Below, piece by piece: positions 58,646 through 64,000 of a stretch of DNA of 64,000 nucleotides. Under the pieces are notes generated by a model. That model was not told the origin of the DNA. It searched no databases and saw nothing but the letters and a program-made list of their open reading frames with translations. Each line of letters opens with the position of its first letter. Position 1 is the stretch's first letter. The DNA is taken from NCBI GenBank assembly GCA_040437565.1, contig JBDOQK010000065.1, forward strand, positions 1 through 64,000. The letters are read 5' to 3'. This stretch comes from Albugo candida (lineage: Eukaryota). The position numbers and the translations under genes are program-made.

Positions 58646-60385
58646 ATGAAGCCGAATGCGCTCATGTGCGTCGCCATTGTGAGCTTGATAGCGTCTTCTC
58701 TGTTCCTTGGATACTCATATGACGAAGTTAATGCATCACCAAAGTCACCGCAAGAGAACCTGCATGAGAAAAAGTCGATTGTCCGTCCCAATGAAGGCGC
58801 GTTTGCGACCATTTTTTATGATTATGGTAGAGACAGCGACGACCTACTATTGTCTGTACGAGTCCTCATGCGTTCCATCAAAGATTCCAACACCAAATAC
58901 CGCAAATTTGTGCTCGTTCCTGAGGACGGATTACGTCAGAAAACAGAGAAATTATTTCGACGCGATGGCGAAATTGAGATCATTCAAGTGGACATTCCGA
59001 ATGTGTTTCGTGACACCGTTCTGACCGATCGTAGAGCCCATTTGATGCATATGCGCAACAAGCTAGCTATTTGGGATGATCCGATACTGAATGAAATGAA
59101 GCGAATTGTGTATTTGGATCCTGAGAATTTAGTGTTACAAAATATGGATGAGGTATTCGACTGTCATGATTTCTGTGCGGTAGATAATGGTCAGGCTGTC
59201 GTGTATGCCAATTCATTACTAGTCATCTCACCCGATAGTCTTCCTGTTCGGAATTTGTATGCTGATGCAATTGACAGCTTTATGATATCGGGGAGATCGT
59301 ATAATTATATAGGAATCACGCAAGGTTTCATCCCTGGTCTTTTCGAAGCGTTTGAAGAGAGTCAATTGTTTTATGGATCCAGAGATCAAATTCCCAACGA
59401 TATCGACGCGCCGGAAGAGAACGCAATCGATAGGGACACACAACCGTTATTGTATCGACTTCCATTTTACTATAGTATCAACCATATGGTGTACTATGAA
59501 CGTTTGAATTGGGACCTTTACAAATGCAAATCAAACACAAATGGGACTGTTTCGGCATATATCGAGCCACAAACGGATGCGCAAAATCAGCTGATTGGTA
59601 GTAGTGACGGCATTCCAGGTCCATTGCTCAGTTTCAAGTATGGCGGCGAAATTGTTCGACCCGGACTTTGGTTACCGTATGTCTATTTCTCTGTGTTTTG
59701 GCATTGGCAGGCACACCGAGCACGACTCGAGGAAAATCGTGGGCAAGAATTTGCAACTCATTTTATAGCAAATAGTATCATTTTTGGGCTTCTTTGGTAC
59801 TTTTATGTGAAAATGTGTCTCAATGTATCGACACCTCGGAGTGATTCATCCATTCGACAATCTCATGGAAAAGCGCCGTCCACGTCAGCATCTACGAATC
59901 ATTTGAATGCGTGGATGATGCGAATGGTATGTCGTGCTTCCTGTAATATCTTAAGTTTCTTCTCCATGGCCCCACCGTTATCGAGCATGTTTCTTGTTAT
60001 AATCATATTCCTACTTGCCATTTGTTCGGTTTCCGCAAGAATGGAGCCAATGTATGCGTTTGTGTTATGGATTTATATCGATAACTTGCTCATCTTAACC
60101 GCGTTGATCATCATTCACGTTGCAGATTCATTACGTCGCCCTAATCAGAACGGCAATACGACACGAACGCCCTCCATCTTCCTATGCAGTGCATTTTGGT
60201 CAAGCTTGAAAAAAATTCGGCTGCATACAATTCTCCTTCTGACGCTATTGTTTTTTGTCAAACACGCGGAAATGATTAAGAATCCTGTGTTTCGTCCCGT
60301 CGTACTAATCGGTACATTAGCAGCAGTCTTGGGGTCACAAATGCATCTTCTTTGGAAGCAGATTGTACGGTTGAAAACGCCATAA
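58646..60385 (+). CDS. GT8 glycosyltransferase (glycogenin-like; IPUT1/PGSIP-type architecture)
   Basis: N-terminal signal/anchor; AFATIFY...SVRVLMRSIK; NKLAIWD...RIVYLDPENLVLQNMDEVFDC; several C-terminal TM helices. Confidence 0.82.
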   Translation: MKPNALMCVAIVSLIASSLFLGYSYDEVNASPKSPQENLHEKKSIVRPNEGAFATIFYDYGRDSDDLLLSVRVLMRSIKDSNTKYRKFVLVPEDGLRQKTEKLFRRDGEIEIIQVDIPNVFRDTVLTDRRAHLMHMRNKLAIWDDPILNEMKRIVYLDPENLVLQNMDEVFDCHDFCAVDNGQAVVYANSLLVISPDSLPVRNLYADAIDSFMISGRSYNYIGITQGFIPGLFEAFEESQLFYGSRDQIPNDIDAPEENAIDRDTQPLLYRLPFYYSINHMVYYERLNWDLYKCKSNTNGTVSAYIEPQTDAQNQLIGSSDGIPGPLLSFKYGGEIVRPGLWLPYVYFSVFWHWQAHRARLEENRGQEFATHFIANSIIFGLLWYFYVKMCLNVSTPRSDSSIRQSHGKAPSTSASTNHLNAWMMRMVCRASCNILSFFSMAPPLSSMFLVIIIFLLAICSVSARMEPMYAFVLWIYIDNLLILTALIIIHVADSLRRPNQNGNTTRTPSIFLCSAFWSSLKKIRLHTILLLTLLFFVKHAEMIKNPVFRPVVLIGTLAAVLGSQMHLLWKQIVRLKTP

Positions 60386-60437
60386 GGAAGATGTAGTGGA
60401 AGCGTAGTTTGAAAGTGATTTATTCGCATACTAGCAA

Positions 60438-61493
60438 TCAAAGCTTCGATTCTGTTCTTACCATCGATTCTTGTGGTACTATTTCTTCCTTCTCGGGGTC
60501 TGTTGCATTCTCAAAATCGGTAATGCGAGCCCAAAGATCTCGTACGTCTTCAATCGCGGTAGATTGAGAAGGATCGATGTTATGGCCCTTGGAACGCGTC
60601 CATTTCACCTCGCTTATCCATCCTCCATAGCTCTCATAAATGCGTCCAGATGACTTAACGTCTTCATGACAAAGATAGGCAACCAGTGGCGCTACACATT
60701 CTGGCTTTAGCTTTTCAAATAGTTCTTCCGGCATTATATTCTTCGTCATTGCCGATCCTGCCGTTGGTGCCACCATATTCACTTTGATGTTTCGGCTAGC
60801 ACCTTCTTTTGCTAGAGTCTTTCCAAATCCAATGATTCCCGCCTTTGCGGCTGCATAGTTGGCTTGTCCGAATCGCCCATACAGTCCAGTTGTCGATGTT
60901 ATGAGTACAACCCGACCGTACTTTTGCTTGCGTAAATGAGGCCAAGCAGCAAATGTGACCGCAAATGCTGCCAACACTCTGTTAAGACGCTTTCGATGCG
61001 ATAAAGAAACAGCGTACTTCCTTTAAGATGAACATCGAGAACCGCCTTCCATTGTTCTTTGTTCATTTTCGCAAAGCTCTGATCGCGCAATATCCCCGCA
61101 TTATTGACCACAATGTCGACTTTATTGTAATGTTTCAAAGCTGTTGCGACGACATTCTCACCATTTACGACTGAATTGAAGTCTGCGACTGCCTGTCCGC
61201 CTATCGTAACATCGAAACATTGGAAACTACAGTGCTGACGAACCGATAGTGCGTACCCTTCTCTCTGATCTCTTTGACAACGTCGTCGGCAGTAGTTCCT
61301 TTCTCTGATGAAGTGATATCATTCACAATGCTACGAGCACCAAACGCAATTTATTACAATCAAAATAGATGAAGGAAAAGTAGTGTTACATGCTTGCACC
61401 CCTGGAGGCTAATAATAAAGCGTACGCACGCCCCAATCCAGCACCAGCACCCGTAACAATTGCAACTTTTCCATCAAAGCGGAGTGGCGACAT
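60438..61493 (-). CDS. Peroxisomal short-chain (3R)-hydroxyacyl-CoA dehydrogenase (HSD17B4/MFE-2 SDR domain, stand-alone), multi-exon
   Basis: [39 protein letters not shown] (YxxxK) and a C-terminal SKL. Confidence 0.9.
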
Positions 61494-61582
61494 CGTTTTG
61501 AAATAGCGTGGTATACACATTTTCAGTGCTGTGACATGTGAAGAAAGATCCAAAAGCTTCATTATTGACTGTTCCTTTTGCA

Positions 61583-63251
61583 ATGCAGCTTTCTTCCGAT
61601 AAATTCCCGCAGAGGTTTTCCACACAAGAAGATGAAGAGCCGCCTTGTCGTCTAAGTGATGCAACGGCTCCATTGTATGGCCATCCACTTCTTTCAGCAG
61701 AGCTTCCGACAACGGAATTTCCTAAGAACACGGTGCCAGCTCGAGTTGCTCATCAGATAATCCGAGATGAATTGGCGCTGGATGGGAATCCAAAAATGAA
61801 TGTACGATTGCTCTCTCTCAAAATGTGCTTTTCACTATTTTGCATCTCAGTTGGCTACATTCGTGACGACGTATATGGAGCCAGAAGCCGAAGATTTGAT
61901 GGTGGAAGGGCTCCGTAAAAACTTTATTGATTTGGATGAATACCCACAAACAGCTGAGATCCATAACCGATGCGTAACGATTCTTTCAAATCTTTATCAT
62001 GCACCGCTCGGTCCGGGAGATCGAGGTACAGGGACTGGATGTGTCGGGTCTTCGGAAGCAATCATGTTGGCCGGATTGGCGCTGAAACGTCGATGGAAAG
62101 ACCGTCGCATAGCTGCAGGATTGCCATATGACAAGCCAAATATGGTAATGGGATCGAATGTCCAGGTATGATGTAGAACGGATTGCTTTGTGATATCGGC
62201 TAACGTGAAATTCCAAGGTTTGTTGGCACAAAATGTGCAAGTATTTCGAAATTGAGGCTCGAGAAGGTGTGTTTTGGTGACAATGACAAATAGAAAAATA
62301 TTCTCAAACGTATTCGTTCATGCAGCGGATGTATCGGAAGATTGTCTTGTACTCACTGCAGAGCGCGCGGTGGCACTAGTGGACGAAAACACAATCGGTG
62401 TGTGCGCGATATTGGGAAGCACATTCAACGGCGAGTACGAAAATGTGAAAGAAATTCATGACGCCATGGTTAAAGTGAATCAAGAGCATGGTTGGGGCAT
62501 ACCTATTCACGTGGATGCAGCAAGTGGAGGCTTTATTGCTCCATTTCTCAATCCCGAGCTCGAGTGGGACTTTCGTCTTCCCAATGTCAAATCAATAAAT
62601 GTCAGTGGACACAAATTTGGGCTTGTATATGCGGGGATTGGATGGGCTCTGTGGCGTGAGCCAGAAGATCTTCCTGCGGATCTTGTCTTTCACGTCAATT
62701 ATTTGGGCGGTGATCAATCCTCATTCACCCTAAATTTCTCCAAAGGTGCTGGAAATGTGATCGCACAATATTACAACATTTTGCGCTTCGGATTTCATGG
62801 GTATCGTCTGATTATGCGGGCTTCTATGGATACAGCTGCGTATCTACGAAGTGCACTTGTTGCCACCGGCCACTTTCGTATCGTCGACAAGCAGCACATG
62901 CCACTAGTTGCTTTCTGTCTGATCAATTCTGAGCGATACAGCTGCTTTGATATCCAAGACAAATTGAGAAGCCGTGGGTGGATTGTGCCCGCGTACAAAT
63001 GTTCCAAAGGTGCACAAGGACTGACCATAATGCGTGTTGTGGTCAAGCAGAATTTTGCATACCATATGGCAAACATGCTGGTGGCAGACATCCTCCACGC
63101 AATCGAACAACTGGAAAAGCATCATGTTCTTGTTTCTGCAGCTATGAAATCATCCGATGGCGCTTCGAACCGATTTCGAGATTTGGCTCATTCGATCCGA
63201 ACCAATTTGGCTCACCAGCATTCCAACGCTCGTACTGGTGGCATTTGCTAA
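61583..63251 (+). CDS. GAD: Glutamate decarboxylase (PLP-dependent, plant/bacterial/fungal type), three introns
   Basis: [41 protein letters not shown] and [11 protein letters not shown]. Introns at 61802-61850, 62166-62217 and 62267-62325. Confidence 0.95.
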
Positions 63252-63355
63252 GTGTATGGAATGAATGCTTTGATGTCGTAATGTAATCGATGGACGCTCA
63301 GATCTGAGTTGCCGTAATTTACTGTAAAGAGCGGAATAAAGGCCTGTGATTTATT

Positions 63356-64000
63356 TCAATTTATAAAGCGTTCGAAATCGATTCCTTGTATGCTATATCC
63401 TCGCAGTGTTCGCTTGACGATCCTAGCAAATTCGCTTGGATTACTACGAAATAGCTCTGCCGCTTCTGTGGATGATTGTCCTTGTCACATGATTCATTCC
63501 TGCAACAAGTAGAGAGCGTACCTCTATTCAGTGGATCGTCCGAATTAGGTTCATAGAACAGATAGATCAAGCCATAAATGACCGAGTTGATGTCCAAGAC
63601 TGGTTTCCAGTCTTCCCGTAGAATATTTAGACAAACATTCCCATCCAAATCAATGTTCGGATGGTATATCTACACGAAACGATCAGATATCAAAGTGTGC
63701 TCACTGCGTACTTACCTTTGTATGACACCGGACTTTTGGAGGCTCATGAGGATACATCTGCAAAGTACGAGCGTGAGACTCTCTTTGTTGAATACTAGCT
63801 CAGATAGCATACTGGCGGAATCCGAAAGCTAAAATTGTACGCAGCGCCTTTCCAATAGCCATTATCGACTTTTATCTTGACACAAAAATCGAAATCGGTG
63901 CGGATCGCTTTTCATCACGGATAGGATCAGATACCTTCACGTTGAAGACTGTCAAGTCGTTTGTATCGGGAAATGTTACGTTTGCTGCATCGCCACCATC
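63356..64000 (-). CDS. UBC12: NEDD8-conjugating enzyme Ubc12, 5'-partial, multi-exon
   Basis: IYHPNIDLDGNVCLNILREDWKPVLDINSVIYGL...DDPLN. Confidence 0.9.

Noticed and set aside
1..64000. CRISPR arrays, rRNA, prokaryotic operons or defence systems
   Set aside because: None seen; the sequence is eukaryotic with spliceosomal introns.

Overview
Eukaryotic scaffold, very likely an oomycete. Short GT-AG introns, compact genes, oomycete-type copia gag and CCG/CHxC-like remnants suggest Albugo, but this is inference. There are ten 100-N gaps, several flanked by duplicated overlap. The window has two compartments. (1) About 1-34.9 kb is a gene-poor 'graveyard'. It holds two decayed copies of Nup98-Nup96; the second is interrupted by a catalase fragment with a 5' inversion. 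It also holds copia, gypsy and L1-like relics, two copies of an IS630/Tc1-like transposase, a tRNA-derived SINE with a 15-bp target-site duplication nested in another tRNA-like element, and several decayed signal-peptide ORFs. (2) About 35-64 kb is gene-dense. It contains CPSF1, a secreted pepsin-fold protein lacking catalytic motifs, PIG-X, a CapZIP/FAM21-like protein, a MYND + 5-PDZ protein and MZT1. Next comes a co-oriented glycosylation trio: ALG3 with an extra C-terminal domain, a sugar-1-phosphate nucleotidyltransferase-like protein and a membrane GT8. The window ends with a peroxisomal SDR, glutamate decarboxylase and partial UBC12. All family calls are by-eye motif recognition; no searches were run.
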